DNA from: Trichoplax adhaerens
Taxonomy: Eukaryota; Animalia; Placozoa
NCBI RefSeq assembly: GCF_000150275.1
Contig: NW_002060945.1
Span: 2,937,172 to 3,001,171, forward strand
Direction of reading: 5' to 3'
Length of the DNA stretch: 64,000 nt
A program made the translations under genes and the position numbers. The number at the start of each line of letters is the position of its first letter. Position 1 is the stretch's first letter. Below, one piece after another: positions 13,510-26,752 of the stretch. The notes below the pieces were generated by a model that worked only from the letters and a program-made list of their open reading frames with translations, was not told the DNA's origin and did not search any database.

Positions 13510-15798
13510 CCCCACTGAGGACGTCAGCTCTTTTGCAATGTTCGTTGGTAATTGGTAATTAGCAAATCCTTTCATAATTTTGATTATACTTAAATTAGCG
13601 TTCAAATATGAGTCAATAGTGAATATCAGTTCTAGTCAGACTCTGATTTGCGATAAAATATTGTCCTCGTACAACTGCGGAAAAAATTTATAGAAATGTA
13701 ATTTTTATACTTTAAAGTGAATTATTGAAATTCTATAGCTTTGAAAAATAGAGATGTAAGAATGATGTATGATTTCCAATTTTTACGAATTGGCGTCACC
13801 TGTTAAGAAAAGTTTTATATTATAAGCACATTGTAATCGATGCTTGCAAATAGAGTTCATCTTATACTGCTCTAACTCTAAGTACTCAACATCACTGACT
13901 GCTTTAGAAGAGTTGTATAATCCACGAACTGGTAATCTAAAGCGTTATGGTATAGAATTTAAACCGACTGAAGTATTACTACATTGACTTACGTTTTCGA
14001 AGCTATAGTAAACGATTACTAAGTGTTATGTAGAACATTTAAGATTTTCTTTATCAACTTATCGTCTATGATGAAAGCAAATAGTATCCTAAATAGTTGG
14101 GAAATTATTATCAAAAGAATTAAGAATTTAAAAAAATATACTGTTGTTGTGTTGTCAACATCGAAATTAAGCCACAATATATTGTACTCTATAACTAAAA
14201 TGATCCATTTCAACTGCGGTACCTCAATTAAGACCTAGGTAGAACATTTCTGAATAAAAGAGACTTGATAGTAGTCAAAATTTTTATTTTTCAAACTACT
14301 CATCTAATTACAAATTAGATACTTATTGTACTATGACTTTCAGTTGTATAACAAGAATTATTTCAGGTGCCAAATAATGTGCTTTTTGATTAAAAAATTA
14401 TTAGACTCAATAAAACTAAAATTTGTAGTTTATCACAAGACCGTTGAAGAATTGCAACCCCACGAAATATTGTATAGCCTTGAATAGGACACCTAAGCTA
14501 AGTAGCTTTTATTTACTAAACTATAATTATTAACAATACTTTCTCAGATTAGCTTACATGGATCTTAAAACGTCAGGACATCTCATATGAGACAAATATC
14601 ATAAGACTGCAGATACGTGTCGTATCCTATCTTATGAATTAAGTTTTCATCCATTGCTGATATACTAGTTTACAGTTTACATCTGTTGTCCAGGGGATGA
14701 ATTATATTTGCAAAGTCGAATCGGATATGCAACAGGTTCTGATTTTGCAGTACATTACTGTACGTTTGCGTTTCACTGATACTTAACAGTTCCTATTACT
14801 TTTTCCAGCGACTAAACCGATATTCTTGTAGTCTATCATAAATAAATAATTTATAATTATGATCGTATGCAAGTATTTCGTGCAATTACAAATACAGTAG
14901 TAATTGTACTCGAGTTTTAAATACTGTATATGATTACCATTTCAAGTAAGTATTATAAATATATACTGTAATTTCATTGGTTATGGGAACACCTGCCATA
15001 CTGTACACTGCATTCGCTTGGGATTTCGGAGTGAATAAGAAGGAAGTTGCAAAACACTGATGTACAGTAATTGTCAATTGAAATGAAAGTCTATCCGATG
15101 ACGCAAGTATCTACGCGTACACGGCGGTTTACTTCCTTGATGCACATCGCTACTGAATTTATTCTCAAATGCTCTTCTCGAACATTACTCCATTGCTCAA
15201 TCAAGCCACTATCCATTGAGTCTAAACCAGTTGGATGTGTGGCATGAATTCTACTTAGCACAATTTACACTGAGTGGAAGATATGTCTGAGTATCAAGGT
15301 TAATTAATATTATAGAAAAATTTATATGCATCTTGTATGGGTTTATAACAAGAATGTTTCTAAAACTCGGCCTGACTTTTCAAGTTCTCGCCATATTTTA
15401 AGTGTACAATAACAGCTGTCACCCCTGATTCGTTTTTTCAGCAGCATGATGTGCGGTACAGTGGATCATGCATTATGCCTCCGTATGCTGGATTAGATGG
15501 AGGACAGATACACGGTGTGACACATCATTTTGCACACCACAGTGCAGCATGTACTGTCGGAGATTACTGACAGTACGGACCAGTTTGGCTCTTCTTCAGT
15601 GTACAGTACCGGTTTTTACAGTACTATGTTGTTACACTGTAGACTGTAGTGACAGAGAATACTGTAGTCGTAGGACCGCTGGTAAACCACTTTTAAAGCC
15701 AAAAGCAAAGCCACGAGCGAGCTGCAGCCCTGATCATTTGAGCCTGCTGGCATAAGCTACTTTCGTTAGACCTATAACCTTGTGAACAAGTTATTACT

Positions 15799-17506
15799 AT
15801 GGCAGTTGCACAACATATAGCTAAAGCTGGTAAGGCTATCGCTAAAGTTGGCGGTAGAAAAATACCATCTCAAAAACGAATATTCTTATGCGACTGGCAA
15901 ATGACATTAATTAGGCCAGGCAAGCCTGTGCCTAGCAATACTGCCGTATTTCGTGTTCCTCTTGTGTAAGTAGCTATATAATATGGCGCAATTGGAAGCA
16001 ATCTTGATGCTCTCCCAATCTGACAGTAGTTTAGCATTACAATGAATAATCGTTTGCAGTACCTTGTATGTAAGAAGATGAATAGTTCTTCGAATTTGAT
16101 CAAGTGAGAGATCGTCGCACACGTTCCTTGTGGCAGACTTTGAAGCAATGTTATCGCTCTTGATATGACAGAGTATAGAAATGGAATCAATAATATACTT
16201 TACTGTATATACAACTGTTAGGAGATTAATAGCTCATTTACCTGACTCATTGAGTTCATTGGATATACATTTGTTGTTAAGCCTTGACGATATTACCTAC
16301 CAGCACTTTTACATGCATCTACTACTTCGATTCGAATGTTAACTATGCCTAACAGAAATGCATCGATATTCTTCTACTGATTAAAATTGATTGTACAGTG
16401 TTATTGTAGAATCTTTGGAATCATAGATATTCTATTACATGGCATCTTCCGCGCCAAACATTTCTTAACTTACTACTGCTAGCACTACACTTATCACGAT
16501 ATCGATATTATTCTCCACAAAAGCAGATAATCGTCTTAGTTGATTGATACGATTTTAGAAATGGAATAAAGTATTAAATTACGAGTATTTCGCGTAGAAC
16601 CATAATTACGTTGATATAGGAAATACGTCACAATGAAAGGATTTGCCACTTAAACTATTTTACAACCAATATGAGCATGAATTGTAATCCCTGTTAGATA
16701 ACTATACACTTATTCGCTTATATTGACTTTATTGAAGATACTAACACCAAAATTCAATTCAATTGAATATACCGCATCCTAGTACTGTACAGTTGTATAG
16801 GATTAGTAGCTTAGTGAAGTCTTTAAAATTGGTAGAAGCGTGAGTCGTAATCACTATCAGATAACTCAACATTGATTTCATTGAAGATACTAACACTAAA
16901 ATTTAAAATATATCCTATCCAGAATGACTAAATTTGACATCAAGAATTACCTACAAAAGATCTACAATGTCGAAGTTTTCAAAGTTAACACCACTATTAC
17001 TCAAGGTAAGAACGAGATTACTAATGCAATATTAAGCCCATTTCGAACTATTGTCTTTATTGCGGTCACTCTAAATGGTATAGTTAAGTTATTAAAATCA
17101 AGCTATAATTAAATCATGAACAAGATTGCTAGATTAGTATTTATACTTATGCCATAGAATTTGTAAAAGTATGATCTAATGTTCAATCACGCAGGAAAAA
17201 GGAAGAAATACGCCTACATTCGAGGCGTTTATGATAAAGAACCTGATTACAAGAAAGCTTATGTCATCTTGGTAAGCCTATTAATTTTAACAATGAATCC
17301 TGCATTGAGTATAAGTTATAGTTTCGTTTCTATGCAGCATAGGATATGTTATCACTGACGATTTTAAATGCTCCTTACACTTTTTCTAACAATGATTGAC
17401 TAAAACCTTTCAACCTTAATCTCTTAAATAGGCTAATGGAATATTTCGATTTCCTAAAATATTTCCATCACCTAGAAGTAAAAACAACGAAGCCAGTGAA
17501 GCTTAA
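15799..17506 (+). CDS. MRPL23: Mitochondrial ribosomal protein uL23m; 4 exons
   Basis: NTAVFRVPLV-MTKFDIKNYLQKIYNVEVFKVNT...QG|KRK...KEPDYKKAYVIL|ANGIFRFPKIF; all junctions GT-AG and in phase. Confidence 0.92.
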
Positions 17507-19492
17507 TTAGCAGGCTAACCAATTTTTTATCTAATATAGTGAACTTTTATTTCTATAACGGAGTAATAGCTAATGAGCAAAAATTTTATCATGCTCTTAT
17601 TTGCATATTGAATTATACTACTGGTACCGTTTGTAAATTCTAAATTCCATATTTTAGTAATTTACAAAATTGTTGAAACCGTTTATATGAAGATCAAAAA
17701 TTTACAGTCTAATTTCGTAATGTAAAATACAAATACATAACTTATATTGAATCTCATCAGATGCAATGCTACTCGAATTATTGGAGCAAGACTCGTATTA
17801 CCAAAAATAAAAGTAACTAACCGATCTCGACCTGTTCTTGCTATAGATAGTACATGCAAATTGAGTAATGGATGTTATACTAGTTAGCGACTACGGCCCT
17901 TAGGACTATAGACCAGTCTATAATCGCTCTTACCATAAACATAAACCTTATTCGATCATCATTTTTCGCAAGGGAAGTCACAAATATTATAACCTAGTAC
18001 ATTTTTCGGATTGGCTATTTGATCTGTGTATCTGCAGGATATTATCTATTATTTCTTTTACGCAAAATATAATAGTAGGAAGATGAGTTATAACTACAAC
18101 TGTATTCTACTTGCTGGTCTCTATTAGTAATTCATAGTGGTGCTTGATTACGTATCAGTGATTACCCAAGACCTAAATACGTAAGCAACTCATTGCGCAG
18201 TATGTAAATTCCTTGCCGTTATTAAGATTAAGATAGCTGATAATATAGTATATTCTGAAAATTAATTATACATTTGTTTTGACTCCGCCTTAGTTGGTAT
18301 TATGTGGCATATTCTATAAATAGACTATAGCAGTATGAAACTTCATAAATATCAACAATGTTGACCTGTACATATTCCTACAGTTTACAAATGTAATAAT
18401 GGCTTTAAGAGTGGAACTTCAATACCCCAAATTTGAACTCAAGGTATGATAGTCTATTGACTGTATAAGTGCATTACATTAAAAGTAGTTGTCAAATGAA
18501 GCAATTGCATCATAAGTTATAGCATCATGCAGTAGACGCAATGATAAAACTTTTCAAGCTAGCATCCTGGCAAAGAACATGTCTAATACCAACGCGAGCC
18601 GACTATAAACAAAAGTTTATTTCCGTGAAACTCAGTGAGAAACATGAGAAAACACAACGTATTGAGCTCTACGCATTTTAACCGAATAGATTAATATTTT
18701 TTACTAAAACTTAACGTAGAAGAAAATGTCTCTGATGCATGCTTATAGTTCAGCCATCGGTGCAGTATACAGAATATATTAACAATATAGTTAATCAGAA
18801 AAAGTTTTGATTATCGTATGGTTACTAAATTCATATTAGAGAAGCAATTTCTTGTCTTGATAACAAACAGTACTTTCATGTTCCGATTACGATATAATCT
18901 GTAACTCTACTTGTCCAAGAACACATTTTTAATTTTCAGTACAATAATCTAACTTTCGTTAGTAAGTTCATATAAATTACAATGAAATATTTTAGTTTCG
19001 ACCATAATCTATACAAGTGTGATATCAGCTCAGCTTTATGGTCATAGTGTTAGATAAAATAGAAACTATACGCTTCCATCTGATGTTAGTATCCACATCA
19101 AGATATGCACTAATGCTTTTTGTAGATACCAAACTTCATTCTATTAAAAAAAATTTGTAGCGCTACATCAATCTGACCTCAAAATAAATTACAGTACTCT
19201 TCGCAGCATAACCAAAGAATTAAAAACTTAATAGTTGCAACGAATAAGTTAATCTTGCTCATAAGTAAAACAAACTTATGCTTTTCTAAATGTACTTAAA
19301 TACAATAATACATCTTACTGGAGCTTTAATAATATCTCTTAATACCCTAGTAAAGTAAGTTTTGTTATACGCTGTGATTTATTAATAGTATTTTACATCA
19401 GCTGGATTTTATATATCCATTGTGAACTCGATAATCTTTGGCAGTTAGGTAAATTTTGGACATATTGAATTATTGTAAGTTATCAACATTAA

Positions 19493-21115
19493 TTATTCCT
19501 TTCTGGACCTAAATTTACAGTAGAAATCACCAAAACGAAGACGTCCATTTAATGGTAAATTCCGGGTAGAAATTGAGATGGTTTCGTACTTTTGCAAATC
19601 ACTTTCATGAATCCACTCATCTTCTAACCTACACACAACACAAATTAAGGCTTGAGTAAAATACTATAAGATTTCATGTTTTTATCCCATCACAGGTGAT
19701 GATCAAACTATCAATTGTGCTTCATAAAAGTATGTAATAACTCCATATATTATCACTCATCAAAAAAATAACTTGATTACACTCATATGAATTAGACTCA
19801 CATATTTGTTGGCCACCAACGGAGTAATAGTTGGCATCGCGTCCCACAGGCTACAGCAGAATCACCCTCAAGATACCGCCTTGCGATAACCTATAACATT
19901 TTACTCGTATTACAAGAAGTAAACACTACTAGAAATGATAAAAAAGCTTTTGAATTAAAGCGTAGTCTTATAAATACTCTACCTGGCTTCGAAAAGTAAT
20001 TTTATTTGTCAGCATTAATCCGACATTTTCGGCAGCGTGATATATTCTTTGTTTAAGGACTTGCATAACCTTATCATCGAAAGGATCTATAACATTGATA
20101 TTTTAATCATTGATTAGCGGTTCTCAATTACAGTAACAGTCAATCATGATTATCCACAATTGATGTTACCATACCATCTGACATTTGAACGGGGGAGCTC
20201 TGAGGCACTCCCAGTGCATGCAATCGTCTTCTTTTCAGGCGATTTCTATGGCCACTTGTTAGACCGTAAGAAAGATCATGGTTAGCCTTGGTCATTGAAG
20301 TCGTTTGATGATTTGTTATTTGAGACAGCGCCTGATCATTGGTATTTGATTTTTTAGAACCAGATTGGTGTTTGTTACTAAAGTGAGACGGTACATGCCT
20401 AGCTAACCCATTTTGAGTAGCAAAAGTCATATTACATCCATCAATTAAGCATTTAATAAGCCTATCGCCGGTATGTTTACAAACATGCTGAACCAGCCAA
20501 TTACGTGATACACTGGGCTTGTTGTACACCTTGCAACCTTGCCAGAGGCAAGCATATTTTGCTTCCACATCATGAGTATCTATATGAATTTTTTGAAGAT
20601 GATCTCTTAGTTCTTCTGTTGACTCAAAGCTATTATTGCATCCAAACCATCTACAGGATGTCTTGTTACTACTATCGCTTTCAGAACAGGAGTTACCAGG
20701 TAACCTAAATATAGTAATTTAACACATCATTACACACAGATTATATGACATTTTTCAAACAATATGAACTATATATCCGTATAAACGATCTAGTTATCAA
20801 GATACCCATCATGAATATTGCTGTAATGCAATTTTAAGCATACGAACATGCAATCGTGCCTCTGTACCTTGTTTATATACGCGTAATTGACAAATACTTA
20901 ACTATAGCGTAAGACTGTAAAGAAAGTCGCGGAATAACTTACTTGCTCTTCGTTTCAGTTGGGGCATTTTGGCAGAAATTGACAACAAGACGATCAATTC
21001 CATGGTCGATATTATATACTTTGCAGTTCGATGTGGATGAATCTGAGTGGCTACGGGTTACCATTGACGCAAGAGTAAGCTTAGTTACATCTTGTACGCC
21101 TTCGTTGGAATTCAT
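19493..21115 (-). CDS. AEBP2: AEBP2/jing-like PRC2-associated C2H2 zinc-finger protein; 5 exons
   Basis: Three fingers: CRWFGC...HLQKIH, CLWQGCKVYNKPSVSRNWLVQHVCKH, CLIDGCNMTFATQNGLARHVPSHF; basic KRRR; C-terminal DPFDD...FRSQVIARR...LLRWWPTNMLEDEWI. Confidence 0.9.
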
Positions 21116-23097
21116 AATTGTCCACTTTTATCGAAGCTTCCTTTCTGGCAAACTCAATCGTTGTTTAGAGCAATCATTTAGTGTCAGCACGAATAGAGCA
21201 TTGTACAGTATATGCTTTATTACGAATTGCATTTGATTGATGTGGGCTTGTTTGGTATCATAATATACAGTACACTACACTATACTGTAAGTATATTGAA
21301 GCTTTGATTGTTCAGCAATTCTGTTAAAAACTGCCAATTATAATATTATAATTATTATTTACTGTTGTTCACCACGTAATAGACGGTACAGCGTTGAAGG
21401 CTGAATTGAAGCAAATATTATTTACAATCTAACATTCGGTATTTTTGAGTACGCCAACAGTACACGACTTCGTAACTGATCCAGAGGCTATGTAGATTGA
21501 ACAGACAATAATCAAGACATGGAATGAGTGATTATATGCACATAATTTAGATTCAAATCCTTCAATTGATCCCATAGGAAAAGATAGTATGAAATAAAAT
21601 TAGCTACGTATGAATCAGCTTATGTGGATAATAAGTAAGCGATTGAATATAAAATCTTCGTCCAATATACAATACTATATCATATTTTCATCAAGGTAAA
21701 AAAATAGATACGCACATTACTACCGGTACGTGGAGATATTTTGGTTTACAAAACTGAAAGTCATAACAGAGGTACACTTTTGTATTGCATGCGGCATATC
21801 ATAGCTAAGATCACGGCATGACATAAAAATTACGGTAGATATAACATGATATCAACGAAATTACTCAAGTCATTGCTGTATCAAATCCGTCATCAATGAA
21901 CTCTAGACCTCAGCAAAGGACAATCATTTTACTCTTTCCGATAAATCATAAACTATAACATTTTTTTAATCTATATATACTATTAGTTGCTAAGCATTTA
22001 ACATTAAAACGTATTATTGTATGTACTTTACTTTCAACGCCAAGGCTTGCTAAGTACCTGAAGTTGAACTTACTGTATATACAAAATATCGTCAATATTA
22101 TTTTAATTTTATTATTATTATTAATTATAACACTCGACGGACACGTTTTCGATACTATCAATTACTGTAGATCTAGAGACATTGTATAGTACTGTGATAG
22201 TAGTCATCACGGGTCTCGAGTGAAAAGGAGGTACTATGCATTCCCCACTAGATGACAGCAATTTTGGCCCGGAATTTCCGGAATTTTCTTACTCTCAGTC
22301 TAATCAGATTACAATAAATTTCCACACTGCACAATGCCATTGTCAGATTTTTGATGTATAGAAATATCAGCACTACACTACTAGTGCCATGCATATAGTG
22401 ACCGACTAAGTATGGTATGGACACAAAGTCGCTTTGTTAACCTTGTTAGTTAAAATACAGAAATAGCATAATAAAGAAATTTTACAGTGAATTTATATGT
22501 TTCCTGAATATTTCAATTTGTGAATGTTTGGATGTGTAATAGGATATGATGATCATGATCGTAATACGTTTACAACCTCAATAACGAATGACATGAATTA
22601 AAGTCCAATGATGATAACCGTTAATGCATCCGTAAAGGTTAATAAACAGGCTGTATCTCAGCAGTTAAATAAGACGTATAAAATGATCCGTTTGATATGA
22701 ATGAAAATTGAATTCAAAATTTTGCAACTGTAAACATTCATTCTTGATACTTGGACATGGGCTGCTTGTTGGTGAAATAAGGAGTTAAAGAGTGCTTGAA
22801 AATACTGTATGAATGGTTGTTGACTACAGCATTATAACGCATGCATTGTAGAAAAGTAGCGCGGTAGGTAGCGATCGAATGGATCTTTGACGTTTTTATT
22901 GAAGGATTTCAGGATTCCATTTCCTACTTTATTATGACCCCCCAAAATAGAACCATCAAGGGTATATAATGACTATTATATTGATATTGATCCGATCTAT
23001 CTTTCGTTCTGGCGATCATGGAATCGAGCATGTGATAAATACAAAAGCATATATCAACGCATGCAGTTGAAAATGTAAATTAATTAATTCCTATGAT

Positions 23098-23153
23098 ATC
23101 ATTCAATTACAATACAGTATTGTAGATCATTCAATTATGATACAGTATTGTAG
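23098..23153. repeat. 28-bp tandem duplication containing a 17-bp palindrome
   Basis: atcattcaattacaatacagtattgtag followed by atcattcaattatgatacagtattgtag; the first copy contains tacaatac-a-gtattgta. Confidence 0.85.
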
Positions 23154-23928
23154 TCATGGCATGGAAAAAAACAGCCTTGAGTACAGCAAGGCAACTATCT
23201 GAAATGGTACCTCCAACTGATCAGATTCATGACTACAGTTTGAGTGCGATAATTATACATTACTAGCCGACATACAGTAGACCAGAATAAAGTAAGATGA
23301 TGATTATTATTAGGGTTATTATAATAAAATTAGCAAGCAGATACCGACGTTTACTCTTCTATTGTGCTGAATACGAGTAGGATATTGATCATGACTGTTC
23401 AATCTGGGCTTCAGAGTTACGTCTGTAAATTGGTAAGACAAGCGTTATCCGTTCGACCTATCTGTTCTATCTAAAGTGCTATAAGCTATGAGCCCTTGAT
23501 TCAATCGGTCATACGCCAAAGGAAATGATCATCAAAATGAAAGCTGTCCATTCTACTCCACCACTTTGGAGTCCAGAAAAACATTTCCAATCATTGGATA
23601 CAAGCTATGACATTTTCTATACAACGATTTGTAGCACTTGAAGACAGTTAAAGGCATACTAAGATATTAAGCTAGTTCCTAAACCACCCAAATCACAAGA
23701 ATGGATGACATAAACTAAAATTCATGCACCTTACCTGAAGGAATAATCTCGGAATGAATGTATTAGATCACACCAACTCCATTGTTCCATCGGATATTCT
23801 TGTTCACAATGGAATGGTAGAGGATCAGCGAGACAGTGACATCCACCAGAGTCAAGTCTGCATACTATAGTGATGTAATGTAAATTGATACTAATGATAG
23901 GGTACTACTTGTGTAGACCAATAGTGTC

Positions 23929-25619
23929 TACAGTACAGTACAGGCTACTGTACAGTAAAGTACTGTACTGTACAGTAGAACTGGAGTCAAAGTCTGTCGA
24001 CTCTACCGTGCACAGTACAGTACAGTGTACGGTAGACAGTACGTACAGTACTACAGTGATGATGACGTTCGAGAATCGATTGAGTTGCAAAGTCAGCTCA
24101 CTACCAGAGCAGGTTGAGCCTTCAATCAAGTTGATCCCATTCATCAGTACGTACTGTACAGGCTACTGTAAAGTACTGTAGAACTGGAGTCCAAATCTGT
24201 CGACTCTACCGTGCACAGTACGTACTACGGTCATGATGACGTTCGAGAATCGATTGAGTTGCAAAGTCAACTCACTACCAGAGCAGGTTGAGGCTTCAAT
24301 CAAATTGATCCCATTCATCAGTACGTACTGTACAGTGTACAGGCTACTGTAAAGTACTGTAGAACTGGAGTCCAAATCTGTCGACTCTACCGTGCACAGT
24401 ACGTACTACGGTGATGATGACGTTCGAGAATCGATTGAGTTGCAAAGTCAACTCACTACCAGAGCAGGTTGAGCCTTCAATCAAATTGATCCCATTCTTC
24501 AGTACGTACTGTACAGTGTACAGGCTACTGTAAAGTACTGTAGAACTGGAGTCAAAATCTGTCGACTCTACCGTGCACAGTACGTACATGATGACGTTCG
24601 AGAATCGATTGAGTTGCAAGGTCAACTCACTATCAGAGCAGGTTGAGCCTTCAATCAAGTTGATTCTATTCATCAGTACGTACTGTAAAGTACTGTACTG
24701 TAGAACTGGAGTCAAAGTCTGTCGACTCTACCGTGCACAGTACAGTGTACGGTAGACAGTACGTACAGAACTACAGTACGGTGATGATGACGTTCGAGAA
24801 TCGATTGAGTTGCAAAGTCAACTCACTACCAGAGCAGGTTGAGCCTTCAATCAAATTCATCCCATTCTTCAGTACGTACTGTACAGTGTACAGGCTACTG
24901 TAAAGTACTGTAGAACTGGAGTCAAAATCTGTCGACTCTACCGTGCACAGTACGTACATGATGACGTTCGAGAATCGATTGAGTTGCAAGGTCAACTCAC
25001 TATCAGAGCAGGTTGAGCCTTCAATCAAGTTGATTCTATTCATCAGTACGTACTGTAAAGTACTGTACTGTAGAACTGGAGTCAAAGTCTGTCGACTCTA
25101 CCGTGCACAGTACAGTGTACGGTAGACAGTACGTACAGAACTACAGTACGGTGATGATGACGTTCGAGAATCGATTGAGTTGCAAAGTCAACTCACTACC
25201 AGAGCAGGTTGAGCCTTCAATCAAATTCATCCCATTCTTCAGTACGTACTGTACAGTGTACAGGCTACTGTAAAGTACTGTAGAACTGGAGTCCAAATCT
25301 GTCGACTCTACCGTGCACAGTACGTACTACGGTGATGATGACGTTCGAGAATCGATTGAGTTGCAAGGTCAACTCACTATCAGAGCAGGTTGAGCCTTCA
25401 ATCAAGTTGATTCCATTCATCAGTACGTACTGTAAAGTACTGTACAGTACTGTAGAACTGGAGTCAAAGTCTGTCGACTCTACCGTGCACAGTACAGTGT
25501 ACGGTAGACAGTACGTACAGAACTACGGTGATGATGACGTTCGAGAATCGATTGAGTTGCAAAGTCAACTCACTACCAGAGCAGGTTGAGCCTTCAATCA
25601 AATCGATCCCATTCATCAT
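23929..25619. repeat. Composite tandem array, 9 units of ~173-197 bp, with a 370-bp higher-order dimer
   Basis: Core atgacgttcgagaatcgattgagttgcaa...cattcatca recurs at ~24062, 24236, 24417, 24590, 24787, 24961, 25157, 25338 and 25534. It alternates with tagaactggagtc...gtcgactctaccgtgcacagta and GTAC-word spacers. Identical 60-aa ORFs at 24573 and 24943 are 370 bp apart. Confidence 0.97.
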
Positions 25620-26752
25620 CCAGCGTTGGCAATTTGCAACAACTTCGACAAATATTAATTCAACGCTTTCTACATAGAAGGTGCTTTTACCTCGATGGCT
25701 TTCTACTCCTCAAATTAGTTGACTAGTGCCAGTCATTACTTGCTGAGAAACATTGGACCTAGTAATATGTTAGCTCGATTTTTTCCAGCGATCGGCCAAC
25801 CATTAAACGCTAATCTGTATGAAGAAAGAAGTAGGAAAATCTTACTGGCTGCTCCTACAAAGAGGTCTGATATGATGCTACTCTCAACTCCAAAATAAAT
25901 CGAATCTACAGACAGTAGCGAATTTCTGTCACTATATCAACATCGAGCACAATGAATGCAATCAATTCCAATACAAATTTTCCCAGCCATCGTTGAATAA
26001 TCCGAGGATAATTCAAAGATGCTATAGATAATGCCATCAGGATAGATAGATAGTAGTAGTATAATAATATTATTGAATATTGAAATCTCCATGATAGTCA
26101 GTGCTAGTAAACGAGGCTAGAAGAACCCAATGATGCTGTTGATAATTGCATCAAAATATGCAAACCTTAATACCAAGTATTGAATATCCTCCCAGTCATA
26201 ACTGGAAATTGATAGCATCGGTGTACTACTAGTGATCCTACAACAATTCCAACACGCTGTCCATTAATGCTATCAACATACGAGTATACAGGTACTGCAT
26301 CTCGTTACTACCAGAAACAATATCATGCAAGTAAATTAACATATCGCTAAGTTGAAATAACAGTCACTAACCTCAAAGTCAATGATAGCATTGTCGGTGA
26401 TACTAAACAACTCCAAATTGAATTAGTTGCAAGTACAATTCCTACGTAAAATGGCCATATTTCCAGCTTACAAATCGCTCTCATGCTAGAATTAAAATCT
26501 CCATTTAGTAATATAGAATTATGTACAAAGATGTTCATTAATAAACGATGTCAAGTACAGTAGCATGCAAAACAGTACAACTACAATATTACTTAATTGG
26601 TATTGAGTGCAATTTCAAAATTTTATCAAGCTTTTTCTAATTTCATCTTACAAAGCAACATGACTGAAAATCACCTCAGCGCTATCGTATAGGTAATCAT
26701 AACATGCGGTGGTATAGACGGGTAAATTAATTGTCATCAATTCCTTTTCTAG

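Noticed and set aside
22268-22287. ccggaatttccggaattt as an NF-kB/ETS site
   Set aside because: A single short tandem motif, ~1.1 kb from the nearest start; not distinguishable from chance.
24055-24150. C/D-box snoRNA cluster (TGATGA at core ends)
   Set aside because: Box C-like words occur on both strands but there is no properly placed terminal CTGA box D.
23885-25589. Repeated ORFs in the array (MTFENRLSCKV..., MNGINLIEGSTC...)
   Set aside because: Spacer indels shift frames arbitrarily and there is no recognisable domain; by-products of the repeat.
23929-25619. CRISPR array
   Set aside because: Eukaryotic context, no cas genes, spacers are low-complexity variants of one word rather than unique sequences, and the cores are too long.
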